From: Octopus bimaculoides
Taxonomy: Eukaryota
Direction: 5' to 3'
DNA length: 63,989 bases
Assembly (NCBI RefSeq): GCF_001194135.2
Contig: NC_068982.1
Coordinates: 104,722,991 to 104,786,979, forward strand
The position numbers were made by a program, and so were the translations under genes. Positions 49,736-62,200 of this stretch are shown here, piece after piece; position 1 is the first letter of the stretch, and every line of letters starts with the position of its first letter. The notes below the pieces were generated by a model. The model saw nothing but the letters and a program-made list of their open reading frames with translations, ran no database searches and was not told where the DNA came from.

Positions 49736-52374
49736 TGTTCTTCAATAAACATTGAGACAATACTCCAAAGTAAAATCAACAAACCAGTTGATGCCCCAAT
49801 GCTTCTACATGAATAGAGTCACCATAATAATACACCTAGGGTTTGATCTGTTGAAACAGCAGCCAAGTTGTATGAAGGACAGGGCTGTGACCTTGGCCTT
49901 TGCAGACCTAAGACTGGCTAGATCCAATGCTGTTAATGTTCCTCATGAACAGTTACAAGCCAATGGCTGCAGACTGGACTAAGTGAAAAGTGTGGCTCCC
50001 AGAAGGCCAATATTCTTATGACTAACCTCTGCACCTAATCCTAGACATACAAAAAGTAGATTGGTCATGGCAGGATTCATTAAACTGTTTAAGTATTGAT
50101 TATCTTTGATTAGGTGTAGGTGTCAGTTGCATTAAGAGTTCTGGTAAAATATACTAACGTTGACATTTCGTTAAGATTGATGTGTGGGGTACTTTTTCAA
50201 AAGCAATTAATAAAATAATCAAACCTCTGGCTATCCAGAGTTGCCCAATGTATGCCATAGTGTACAATGTTTTTCCAAGTCACATTACTTCAATCAGAAA
50301 TCTTTATTTAAATTACAGGTCTTTCTCACTAGAAGTTTATCTCCTCTACAGCTCAAAAATAATGTATCTTTTTAAAAACTTTTTCATTGTTTCCTCCACC
50401 CCAATCCATATTGAATGTTATGCTTCACTTCATGCTGTCTATATCAAGTGAAGCATAAAGAATGCACACTTTATAATAAATAGCCATAGAACTAATTATC
50501 AATTATGGACCACAATCACCAACAAAATAATGAGATAGCAACAAATAGTATGGTTTCTTAGAACCTCAACTAAATATACTATACTCTTAAGGAAATTTAT
50601 TTTTATATATTGCATTCTATTATATTTGATTTCAAATTTAAATATAAAAATAGCAACTGTGTTTTTCAATCTTTTCTATTTCTCTCTTATTTTTCTGTTT
50701 TGTATTCTATTTTAGCTTTCTTATACAGTGGGAAAAGAATTTTCACTTCCTATTTCTAACAGACATTGTTTTTGGGCTTTTATCTTGATATTGACAGAGA
50801 TATTCATTCATTTTCCAATCAGTTTGACACTTAAAAACTTCTAAAATTTTAGTATTCTCCAAAAACAAAATTTAAAATGTCCATGTATTTGCAATATTTT
50901 TTGAAACTGATGTTTCACTTTTTATAAAAAATATGGATAGAACAAAGCTGATGGTATACCCAGTCAGTAATTCTGATGTGGTTATTGAAATTGAATGTAC
51001 TGAACATTAATTATAAGGTAAATATAAATATCTGTTTTACAGAATAATTATCATGTTTAAAAACCATATTTATAACCTGTTTAATAAAAAGTGCAGAAAA
51101 TATGAAATATGATGCAGAACTGTAATAATTACATACCCCTTGGCAATCACTGAAATCATTAATTTTATGCTTTAAAGTGAACATGAAAAATGAAACTTTG
51201 AAGTGATGGAAATTTTTGTTATCTGTGTAACAAGTATAATTAACAATTATTAATACCACATTTATATATGAATACATTTTGGATGGGGGAGTGATATTTT
51301 AATTGGTTTTATAACTGTCTCAAATGATCCAATGATTTGCTTTTGATAACATTTATAAATCAGTATAAAGCAAGGCCCACATGTTTCAAGAAATTAAGTT
51401 TGAGTCAACTCATATCATTGTCTGTTGTTACATTCACTCGTAGTGACAATTCAAGAAGCAGTTTCGCTTCTTTTGTTATTATTATGTTTTAATAAATATC
51501 TGAAAAATTCAGAAAAGAAATCAAAGCCATAGAGTAATTATATTTATTTGTATAATGCTACTAATAATATTTTGAAGTCTATTAAGTTTATAACAATGAG
51601 TATGTTTTATTTTTTTATAATTTATTAATTAGTTAATAAGCAGTGACTAGCAACATTTATACAAACTATGAATTTTTAAATTCAAAACAAAAAGTATTAT
51701 ACATTAGTTTTTATATTAAATACAACTATTTTTAGAAAATAGTTTTTGGGATTTTAAAAATTTGTGTTATTTTAAATTCTTTTCTAGATTTCTCAGAAAA
51801 TAATTTAAGTCAAAAAGTGTTTTATGATATTGTTCAGTAAATTCTAAGAATTAGAATTTTTTAAAAAATGCTCTTTTCATGTAAATAATTACAAAATTCA
51901 CCTGTATGTGATAAGAATTCAGCGTTATATTGTTGTTATTCCCCACCTCCTATTTTACACAAATGTACAAAAGAATTTTTAAATGTTAAAATTATATATT
52001 GTTTGAAACTTCACGTGAAAATTATATAAATATACTTGTATTAAGAAAACACAAGTCACCTTCCTTTGTTTGCTCTTCCTCTTTTTCTGTGATTTAGTTT
52101 TTTTTTTCCCTTTCCCCTACCATTTCTCTGTTTTCAATGAAAAAATATTACTCCATAAATTTAAATTGAGTGTTAATGCGTGATAATTTATTATCTGCTT
52201 ATCTTGCCAATGAACACACTTAATTTTATTATTTCAATCCAATTTATTGTTTCATTTTATATTTTTATATATTTTTAAAATACATATGAAGAATTACATT
52301 TCTCTTATGAATTTTTAAGATAGTTCTAAGGATTTTTTAATTTTTTTTTTTACTTTAGTGAAACAAATTAAAGC

Positions 52375-52720
52375 TGGTGAAACAACCGCAGAAACTATTT
52401 GGCAAAAAATAAACAACTCTATCTTGCATTTATTGACATAGTAAGGTTTTTGGCAGGATCTCATATAATGAGAAAGCTCACACTAAATATAAAATTGCTC
52501 AGGTATGAAGCGGCTAAAAGCCAACTCAGAATAAATGAGATGTTCAGAGTGGAATTTAAGATTTGAAGAATGTCCACAAATTTCTGTCCTCAACCCTTTT
52601 ATTTTCAGGTCATTCATAGTTCTTGATTGAGAGCTAGTTTCTAGATGACTTTATAAGCAGAATCAGTCTGAGAGCTATTTGAAACCAAGAAGATATGTCT
52701 AATGTATTATCTAGTTAGAA
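52375..52720 (+). mobile_element. Decayed RTE LINE RT remnant
   Basis: YLAKNKQLYLAFID followed by degraded later RT motifs. Confidence 0.6.
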
Positions 52721-54622
52721 ATACCCAGTATTTTCAGGGATTAAGTTCAAACTCAGTGTGATTACCTCAACTTTTGCGAAGTTTCAGATGTAACAAATGA
52801 CAAAAAAAATCCAAGCATTTTTAAGATGTTTTTAAAAAAAAAAATAGTAATTCTAGGTAACAAGAGTTGGAGGTGGCTCTCCTAATAGGAAAGTTTCAAA
52901 AACAGTGGTCTGAGTATAAAGGGTGGACAGTTTGATACTTATTATGTTGTGGCATATGAAAGGTAAACTATCAGCAGATACTTATGTTAGAAAGTAATAA
53001 GTTGAGTATATGCTGAATGAGCAGTGTTAATTTTAACAAAGAGTTGAATGAAAAGTGCCTAGGAATCACAAGCATTACCTTTTGTGTACAAGAGATGACT
53101 GCACTAGTGCTTACTGAATAAAAAGCCATGAGGTAATAGGTAGTATATGAAAGCTAGGATCAGTTTTTCATGGAGACTCATGCCATATTGTGGAACTTTT
53201 CAACCCCATGCCAATATATGAAAGCAAAAAATGATTTAGAATAGATACTTTTAATGTTTGTAATTGTTTCTTCATGGCAAGACACTCAAAATCAAGTAAA
53301 TGGATTAAAAATATTTAGTCTTTCATATCAGATTTTCGATTACCTTTTTCAAATTATGTATGTATACACCTCCATACAAGTTGTTCCTTTCTCTCTACTT
53401 ATACGATGTGATATCAGCATGAATGATTTGAAGTTTTTTTTTTCATCATCCATAGGAGGTGAGTTAGGGTTTAATTTTTAATTTAAAAAGTCTCCTAAAT
53501 CATCTAATTGACCATTCATTTATTTATTTATTTATTAAAAATAAATGTGGAAAGTAAAATTCACAAACCAACCTATTCTAGATCCTTGCTGAAGCAAATT
53601 TTGTCTGTTACATCCTGTTTTGTTTTTTCACTCATTATTTTTCTTCTTTCCTATGCTGAACATGTTAGACCTTTTTGCTGGTAATAACAGCTACATAAAG
53701 TCTTATGTGAGTTCTGCTGAGGCAATGCTGTCATTTTGTTATGCTTGTCAATTTTGTTTTCATGTAAGCTTCAATATTTTTCTGTACCATATAAATAATA
53801 CAAGCAGCTCAATTCAAATATGTTAATGTCAGGATTTGTGAAATCCAACTGTTGAAGTGTCTAATAAAATTATAAACATTTAAAACTTCAATTCTTAATT
53901 TTATTTTATTTTTTGACTTTGTTGAAATTCTACCAGTAATACACCAATGGTTCGTCTTTATGATACTTCATTAAAAATGCTTCATCGGAAGTATCTAAAT
54001 TTAAGAAGCTTTAATCAAAATCTAGGAAGTGGCATCCTAAGGAAACAGATATCTTCTCTAGTCTTCAGTAGCAAATTTTCATTAACCAACTCTTTTGCAT
54101 TCAAGCAGCCAATTAAAACATCAAGAGATGGCCCATATACTGATTTATCTCTAAAAATATGCCAATGTGTCCTATCACAAAGACAAAAATAAAAGTAACA
54201 TCTCTGACTACAACATATTGAAAATTATGGAAAAAATTAATAATCAACTTGAGATTTTCTTCATCTTTGACTATCACTATAGCTTCCAATGAACAAGACC
54301 TAAGGGAGACTTCTATATATCACTTACTAGCGGTTCCTTGAAATCTTTGTTGAAAATAAGCTTTCAATCCTACCTTGAATGAGGATCTGCTCAGACTATC
54401 AAATATTTCATGCTGACAGGGCTCTTTCTCATTGTCTACTTCCAGGTTTGCTAAGATCTCTTTCTGCACATTAATGTACTTGCTATCACTTCTAAGAACA
54501 CATTCCTATTCAAATGATATCATCCTTCACCTTCTACATACAACACCAATTTCAGAACAGAAAACTTCAATTATTGTAAATTAAAAAAATTCTTTATATA
54601 ATTTATTTTAGAAAAATACAAA

Positions 54623-54748
54623 TCAAATAGGAAGCGGCAAAGTTTTGACTTCCTCATACAAATCTGTGTACAGATCTTCATACTCTTCATTTTTATTTAT
54701 CATTACCAAACTGACTGGTCTTATTGTTCCACATGCAGCACCAAGATC
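54623..54748 (-). CDS. NHP2: H/ACA ribonucleoprotein subunit 2, exon 4 (last)
   Basis: ctttccctcag acceptor; DLGAACGTIRPVSLVMINKNEEYEDLYTDLYEEVKTLPLPI* matches the NHP2 C-terminus. Confidence 0.95.
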   Translation of the reverse strand, partial: DLGAACGTIRPVSLVMINKNEEYEDLYTDLYEEVKTLPLPI

Positions 54749-54906
54749 CTGAGGGAAAGCAGGGGAGGAAAAAAAAACAAAAAAAAAAAAAACAACAATC
54801 TTTATTTTATGTGTTCCAATATATAACATCATTTTCAATAGGGATATTGAGATATTTGAATAAGAGGCAAAAGAAATAAAATTACATAAATTTCATGCAT
54901 ACATAA

Positions 54907-55114
54907 CCGTTAGCATCTAAACTGACCATATCCAGTCCAAAGAGTCTCATATTCAAAAGTGCCCAGATCTGGGCCCCCTCACAACTATCCTACAATGCTA
55001 TTCTATAAACAATCACATCATCAAAATCTAGAAGCAGTGAGATAAAACATGATTAATTCAAAACAATGTGAATAAACAAACATTACATTTGACAGTAAAC
55101 TAAATGTTAAAGGG
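54907..55114. mobile_element. piggyBac-type MITE; partial copies from 55361 and about 55953
   Basis: Right end tgttaaaggg|TTAA; degraded left end; the partial copy at 55357 begins TTAA|CCCTTTAGC. Confidence 0.7.
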
Positions 55115-55532
55115 TTAAGAATTTCAACTGGGATAACAATTTTGTTTCATCAATGGTTATACAGGACATGTAGTACTGTTTCCTCATTTAACATAAGATT
55201 TAAGAAAAATTTAGCTGCTATTTCTAAAAGTTGAGTAATCATATACAGGCTTCCCTGTTGGCTCACTGGTTTTTCAAAATAAAGGAACATCATTTTACAT
55301 CCACTTTCATGTTGGCATGGGCTGTAACTACTCTAGACAAATTGGATGATCATAACTTAACCCTTTAGCTTTTAAACTGACCATATCCGGTCCAAATATT
55401 CTACTTATATCATGTTCAAAGTGGCCAGATTTCTATTGACTATTTGTACAAATTTTACAATCATCAGTCTATGTACTCAAGTTCTTAAATATCCATTTTA
55501 TACTTGAAAAGTATCAAAAGAAGTAGACTCAC

Positions 55533-55638
55533 ATCTTTAGAAGGAACATAACAATAAGAAATCTCTTTGTCTTCACACATAATAGGAATGTGGCTATAGA
55601 TATCAATAGGGCTGATGTCACCAGCTAAAATCACTAAC
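55533..55638 (-). CDS. NHP2: NHP2 exon 3
   Basis: ttcacaatccag acceptor and GTGAGT donor; LVILAGDISPIDIYSHIPIMCEDKEISYCYVPSKD (L7Ae core); 106 nt. Confidence 0.95.
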
Positions 55639-56675
55639 CTGGATTGTGAAGAAAGAAAAAAAAAAATCGAATTTAAACATTAGCAAAATTGTTTTACATC
55701 TATTAAATTAGATTCAAAATATAGCAGAATTCTTCAATCTCATATTCAGTAATGATGACAATTTAAATCATTTTTAAATGTGAAAGCATGGAGAACAGAT
55801 GATAATTATAAAGTAGTTTTGGGGTGTTGCAAAGACAAACATTTGAAAGGAATTTTTTTCAAAATAAAGGAAGAACATCATTTTACATCCACTTTCATGT
55901 TGACGTGGGTTGTAACTACTCCAGACAAGTTGGATGATCATAACTTGATTAACTTGTTAGCTTTTAAACCAACCATATCCGGCTCAAATATTCTACCTGT
56001 TTCATGTTCAAAGTGACCGACTTTCTATATGGCCAAATATTCTTCCTAAGACTAACCACTTTACAAAGTATAGTGAGTGCTATTTACCATGATGCCAGTA
56101 CTAGAGGGGTTGTCATGTCTTTGATCAAATTGAGGGGGTCCTCTTGGCCCCACACTTTAGTGTGTACAGAGTGCATTTTATCATGGCACCAACAATCCTA
56201 GTTACTAAGTCTTGGATAGCAGAGAATAAGAAAAAGGATTTTAAATTTAGAAAATAGGCCATCAACTTCAGATGAGAGTAAGAGGTATTGTATACAATGA
56301 GGATGTCTGGATGCAAGCATGTAAAGACAAAGATGATCTCATATTTTACTTGCCTGCTTACTTCTGAAATAACATCTGCTGCTGCCTATTCAAAAAGAAG
56401 TTGTTTTTTTCTACTGGAGACTTATACAATTCATATCCTCATATTACAAATATACACACAAAATAAATAAAATATAAAAAAAAAGACAGGCCAAATGAAA
56501 TGACAGACAAGCTGTTTTGCAGACCAATCTGGTTCATATTCCATATCATTATCAAAATGTAGACATTAAAAAGACCATGATGATTATGATAATACCAGAA
56601 GACCTCATATTGGTGACTGTGTGTACACATATCACAAAACATAAATACTATGGTTATTATTATTAGCATTAAGAT

Positions 56676-56896
56676 AGTGAAGTATCAGAATCATTAGCAC
56701 TGTTTCATTTGCCAATATGTTCTGAGTTCAAATTCTACCGAGGTCAACTTTGCCTTTCATTCTTTCAGTGTCAATAATGTACTAGTTGAACACAGGTCAA
56801 TCTAACTAACTTTCCCACCAGTCAAAATTGCTAGTCTTCTGACAAAGAAAGAAGTATTATTATCATGATTATAAGATGGAAACTGAAAGAACCCCA

Positions 56897-56960
<64 letters not shown>

Positions 56961-57420
56961 TATAATATATGTATGTTTGTGTAGCCTTGTCTAGACATAC
57001 ATGATGACAGTAAATGAGTAGCTCATTGTCATACAAGCCAGGTTGTGGAAAACATGTCTAGTTATGGGAAAATATTACCTTGCTTAGAAACAGATGAGGA
57101 TTGGTGATAGGAAGGCATCTGACCATACAAAACTTGCCTCAAGAAATTCTGTCTGACCCAAGGATATTAAATGAAATGATGACCATGATAATGATACATC
57201 AGGTAGTGAGTTGCCAGAATTGTTAAAGTATCAGAAAAATGTCTTGCAGTATTTCTTCTGGCTAACTACCTTCCGAGTTCAAATCCCACAAGAGTTAATT
57301 CTGTCTTTCATCCTTCTGAGGTTGATAAACAAGAAGTACCAGTTAAGTACTTGGGCCAATGGTATCAATTAACAACCTACTCTCAAGCATGCTGGTCTTG
57401 TGTCAAAATTAGAAACAATT
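56676..57420 (+). mobile_element. Two family A SINEs (~56676-56860, ~57200-57420) with (TA)n and an RTE-tail copy between them
   Basis: Family A body ttctgagttcaaattctaccgaggtcaactttgcctttcat and a related second copy. Confidence 0.7.
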
Positions 57421-57534
57421 ATTATCCAAGGCACTTTAAAAATCATACTCCAATATTTCTTCTTGGAGTTAAGTAAACAGTCTTTAAGTTTAGTGGAATG
57501 TGAGAGAACTGATTGATATAGTTTATAAACTCAC

Positions 57535-57604
57535 CCCTTTTCTCCTCGTCTTATAAACTTTTGTACCTCTCTGACACCTTTCCGCAATGATTTTGTTTTG
57601 CTAG
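57535..57604 (-). CDS. NHP2: NHP2 exon 2
   Basis: ttttccataatag acceptor and GG|GTGAGT donor; (A)SKTKSLRKGVREVQKFIRRGEK(G); 70 nt. Confidence 0.95.
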
Positions 57605-58716
57605 CTATTATGGAAAAAAAAAGAAACAAAAAAGCAACATGTAAGAAAAACAAATTTTCAATATGGTAACAATGTAAACTTTCATTTTTAAGAACAAATT
57701 CATACATAGCCATTTTAATTACAGAGTAGCAAATTCTCTAAAACAAAAAAAACAACAGTATATTTATTTTTCTCTTTTCTGCTGATAATTCCCAGCAAAC
57801 AACAATCACTAGGTGATGAGAAATATGTTTATTTCTAGTTAAGAGAATGTTGATAGCTACCATATATACGTGTGTAAACATAGATAAAATAATTCATGTA
57901 AAAGTCAATTCCCAACTTTGGGCCAAAAGATCTGGAGTTTTCCATATATCTTGTGTAAAAGTTGACCATAATCCTTCACAGAAAACATCATTTATAAGTA
58001 AAGGGATTATCCCTTACATAAATGTTATTATGTGAAAATGAATTTTTTTTTAGTGTTAGCCTATTATCAGTATGTACAATTCACACAAACATCAGGTCAG
58101 AGACTTAAAATCAGCTTGCTTATGCAAGTGCTGTCAATTGAAAGCTCAGCATACCAGATGCCAGTAAGTTTCAGGGTTCATCATTATCAAAGGCAAGTCA
58201 AAATGCCTCTTTGCAGCTGGGCTGATTTCAGTTCCAATATAGAAACTTATATAGTCATACAAGTGAGGTTTTAAAAATGCTGCCATGATTTTGTGTAAAA
58301 ATAATATCAAGAAGAAAACAACATTTATACAACCGCTTTAAAACTAAAATGATTGAAGTTGCCACGAAGACAAATAACTGTAGCATATAGTAAGAGAATT
58401 TTATATTTTAGAGGAATTAGTGAAAGTCTGGGAAACATATTGAACAAATTTCAGACAACATCAAAAAGAAAATGTGCTCACAGGTGTAAACCAAGCATTT
58501 GCAATTGGAGAAATAAGCTGCAGAGTTCGAAAAGTGAAAATTATCAATATGACAACTGCCTTATTTATCTCCCTGCCCAGCTTTTATACCATTCATCAAT
58601 ATACCATTAGAGTTTTATAAGTTATAAGATTAATTACTTAGTACTCAATATTTTAGCCTGAATAGCTCATGGTACTTTGCCAATATTACAATTGGATCTT
58701 TGGTACTACTTAAGAA

Positions 58717-59882
58717 GAGTGGACCCGATGTGCGCACCCACACCAGTCAGCAGACGTGCACATGCACTAGTTAGCACCTGCGATAAAAAAAAACCTCCGC
58801 ATGTATATGTGTAAACTGTAAATAGGAGGAGGGGGAGAATTTATCTATCTATCTAATAAAACAAACAACTGACTGAATGAATGAAAATAAAACAAATTTT
58901 GAAATTGAAATAAAATCTTACTCAAAAGTAGTCATTAAGAAAAGTGATAATAAAACAAATTTTGAAATTGAAATAAAAAGTTACTCAAAAGTAGTCAAAG
59001 AAAAGTGAGAATAAAACAAATTTTGAAATAAAATCTTACTCAAAAGTAGTCATTAAGAAAAGTGAAAATAATGAAATAGAAGTTGATTTACTTACTCAAA
59101 AGTTGTCATTATTCAAAAGTGAACCATTCTGAAAGATAGTTTAGAATGTGCCAAAAAGATTCATCTCCAGTTTTCCCATATTTTTCCCTCCAAAGAAACT
59201 CATCTAGATGGGAGTCAATCATATTTGTGTGTACTCCCATCACACTTTTGAATCTACTTTTTGCATTTTTCCAGTAACATTCAACTGAGTTGGTATGCAC
59301 GTTAGTTACTGGATCCACACAGTTTTCTCTATGGTTCACTTTGAAATGGGAATGCCGTAGTTCGACATCAATTTCAGCTATTCCATTGGATCCACTCCAA
59401 CAATCAGAATGGATAGTCATTCCTGGTTTTATATACTTTCTGATAAGGGGGGAGTAGAGTTTCGATCATTCACAAATACCAAAAATCCTATTTTGTCTTC
59501 TCTGTCCCATCCTCCAAAAACCCACCACTGCTGTGGTATTCTGCCTCTATATTTTCTTTTGCACATCAAAGATAGATAGATAGGTCAGGTCATTGTAAGC
59601 AGGTGTGCCATTCTGTGGACAGATGCAAGCACCTGTGCTATCTATCAATGACCTGACCTGATCTAGCTATCTAATAAAGCATTTTATTTCAATTTCAAAA
59701 TTTGCTTTATTTTCATTCATTCAGTCGTTTGTTTTATTAAATTCCCCCCCCCACCTCTGATTTACAGTTCACACATATTTATACATGAGGGTTTTTTTTT
59801 AATTATTGTAGGTGCTGACTAGTCTACTGACCAACACGTGTGCATGTGGTGCATGCATCTGCTAACTGGTGTGGGTCCACTC
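58717..59882 (-). mobile_element. Merlin (IS1595/ISXO2-like) DNA transposon relic with ~200-bp imperfect inverted arms
   Basis: Transposase fragment 59109-59560: KRKYRGRIPQQWWVFGG...V.DR (frameshift) TLLPLIRKYIKPGMTIHSDCW...KVNHRENCVDPVTNVHTNSVECYW...HLDEFLWR. Arms 58717-~58915 and ~59675-59882 are reverse complements. No TSD found. Confidence 0.85.
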
Positions 59883-60419
59883 GTCAATTTACCATGCTGG
59901 CATAGGTTGGACAGTTTGACAGGATCCTGCAAGCCACAGGACTGCATCAATCTCCAACATCAGCTTTAGCATGGTTCCCACGGCCTGATGCTCTCTTTGT
60001 AGCACCAACCACTTCACATAGTACTGGGTGGGTTTTTTTTTCATGCAACTAGTGAAGTCGCCAAGTACCTTAAAAGACAGAAGAACGGGAAAAGCCCCTT
60101 CAACTAAGTGTGCATATGGGGAGAGGGGGTTTATGCCAGATGTTGAGAGGCTAAAGTGTGATAGAGGGACATGTCTTGCTATATCCTATCTTGCAAACAG
60201 GTATATAACTTGTATAACAGTTAAATTCTCAGAGAGTATTTAGCAAAACCTCAAAGTGCAGGGCTGTAACAACTGAATATATCATGGCTAACAGTAACAA
60301 GAAGGCAGAAGCTAGTGCAAGAAAACAGGCTGAAACAGAGACCTAAGAACAGTTCCAATTATTTACAGTCAACAGCATGCAATTATGTGATAGAAACTGA
60401 CCTTGTTGAGGCCGAATAT

Positions 60420-61100
60420 CTTGGTTTCTGACATAATAAAGCAGCTTATCTGGTGGAGGCAAAGGACATGGACTACACCCCCTTTCGGTTTTTTTTCTAC
60501 ATAAACCCACTTTTACGACTGTGGAGATTCTGAATCTGCAGGAAAAAAATCGGCATTTCAAAATTTCCCCCCACCCCCCTTTGCCAGAGGGGTGAGAGGG
60601 GGAAAATTGTGTTTTTGGAGTTTTCAAAATCTTCAATTTTTAAGTACACTCCAACTGGAAAGTCAGACAAGCTAAAAACAATACCCAAACTGAAGATCCA
60701 CTTTCAAAATACGAATTACCAAAAAAATATAAAAATTTTTAAATGTCATTTTGTTGTGTATGGGTGTGTAGAAAAAAACTAATTTTTACATACCTCTCTT
60801 AATTCCAAAAGACCCTCAACCACATGTTCACTTTCTGTTACAGATGCGCTGGCAGAGGGGTGTTTATTAATTTTTGGAAAATTGAAATTTTACAAAAATT
60901 TTTATTCAGAATCATAATCTCCGTACTTTTCTACGTATTACACCAAAAGAATTTCTTTAAAAAAGTAAAAAATTGTGAGGTGGGGCAAGACTTCCTTTTT
61001 GTACCCCTCCCCCCAAAATACCCCTTTTTTTCTCTACACAAACCCCCGTTTTTTGCCTACGAAGAATACGAATCTGCAAAACAATTTTTCCCCTCATGAC
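60420..61100. repeat. Unclassified interspersed element with diverged internal direct repeats
   Basis: cccctttcggttttttttctacataaaccc...gaatctgca (60478-60540) resembles cccctttttttctctacacaaaccc...gaatctgca (61021-61078). Confidence 0.45.
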
Positions 61101-61539
61101 TTCTAGGAAAATGAATATCTTTTAATGAAATTTGGCGGAGGTGAATACGCACACCACCCGTTTTGGAAGTAACCCTAACCCAAAACACATGGTGTGCGTA
61201 TTCTTTACCTCCATTTCAAACGGCATAGATTACGATTATAAAGAGATTTGTGGGGAAAATTGTTTTCCCAGGGAGTGAGGAAAGAAGCCCATTTCCCCAA
61301 CAACCCCACAAAAGACTGAAAGATTAACAGATGAACACAAGGTTAGGAATATAATATTCTTCTGATGGTCGGTGTATCATTATGTTATAAGATAACCTTG
61401 TAATGAGAAAATAGTAAAAGAAAACATTTAGATCCAAGATAGTTTATGTCGACAAAAAACTTAGGTTAATAAAATGTTTGTATGCTCTGAAGAGATTTTC
61501 AGACGTTTTCAAAAATTTAATAACAGATTATACATTTAC

Positions 61540-61657
61540 CTTTTTTAACAACTTTGCTTATTCTTTTCGTTAATTTTCTTGAGGCTAGTGGTTGAGCAAT
61601 TGGTGACACATGGCTAATTTTCTTAATCCAAACACTAGTTCTATCATCTTCATCCAT
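61540..61657 (-). CDS. NHP2: NHP2 exon 1
   Basis: aaccATGG start; MDEDDRTSVWIKKISHVSPIAQPLASRKLTKRISKVVKK, G|GTAAAT donor (phase 1). The four exons total 420 nt = 139 aa plus stop. Confidence 0.95.
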
Positions 61658-61659
61658 GG

Positions 61660-62200
61660 TTTAAGTTCGGGCCTTCGAATTATATTGATATAATTAAATG
61701 GAATGATAATTTGGTAAGGGTACAAAAGAAAACACACGTGCGCCGGATGTAAAGAATATTGTTGACTCGTAGTGAAGGCTTAATTGACAAGTTATTTAAT
61801 TTAGTTCTCATTTCTTGATTTTTTTAAACATATATTCTATTGAAATTTTATTCCACATTTTATAAGGCTTAAAATAATAGTTAACAATGAAAGCCTTAAA
61901 TTAATTTTTCTTCTTGTTCGTCGCGGACCTTGCAAAATAATATTTCCTGTTAAGCTACCGCTTACGTGGTGATAATTAAACTAAAAAATTAAGTAACTTT
62001 AATAAACTAAATTAATTAACAAAATTATAATATTTAACTCTTAAAATGTAAAGTGATGTTCCAATACACTAGTTATTTGCAGCTGTCTTTCAAAAAATAT
62101 TTGAACTTTTAGCCGTACTTATGCAGTAAATGTTTCTGCTCAGCCATTCTTTCATTTTACTGACTTCCGTCATTAGCTTTTTTTCTATGGTTACAATATT
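61660..62200 (-). promoter_or_regulatory. Probable NHP2 5' UTR and promoter
   Basis: CpG-enriched stretch directly upstream of the ATG; CACGTG 61735-61740, CCGGATGT 61743-61750, ACTTCCG 62163-62169. Confidence 0.55.

Noticed and set aside
52359-52440. Apparent + strand exon with an open frame and GTAAGG donor
   Set aside because: The sequence is an RTE RT remnant (YLAKNKQLYLAFID) in another frame.
58886-59075. Regular ~62-bp repeats resembling a CRISPR array
   Set aside because: No unique spacers, eukaryotic context, and located inside a Merlin element.
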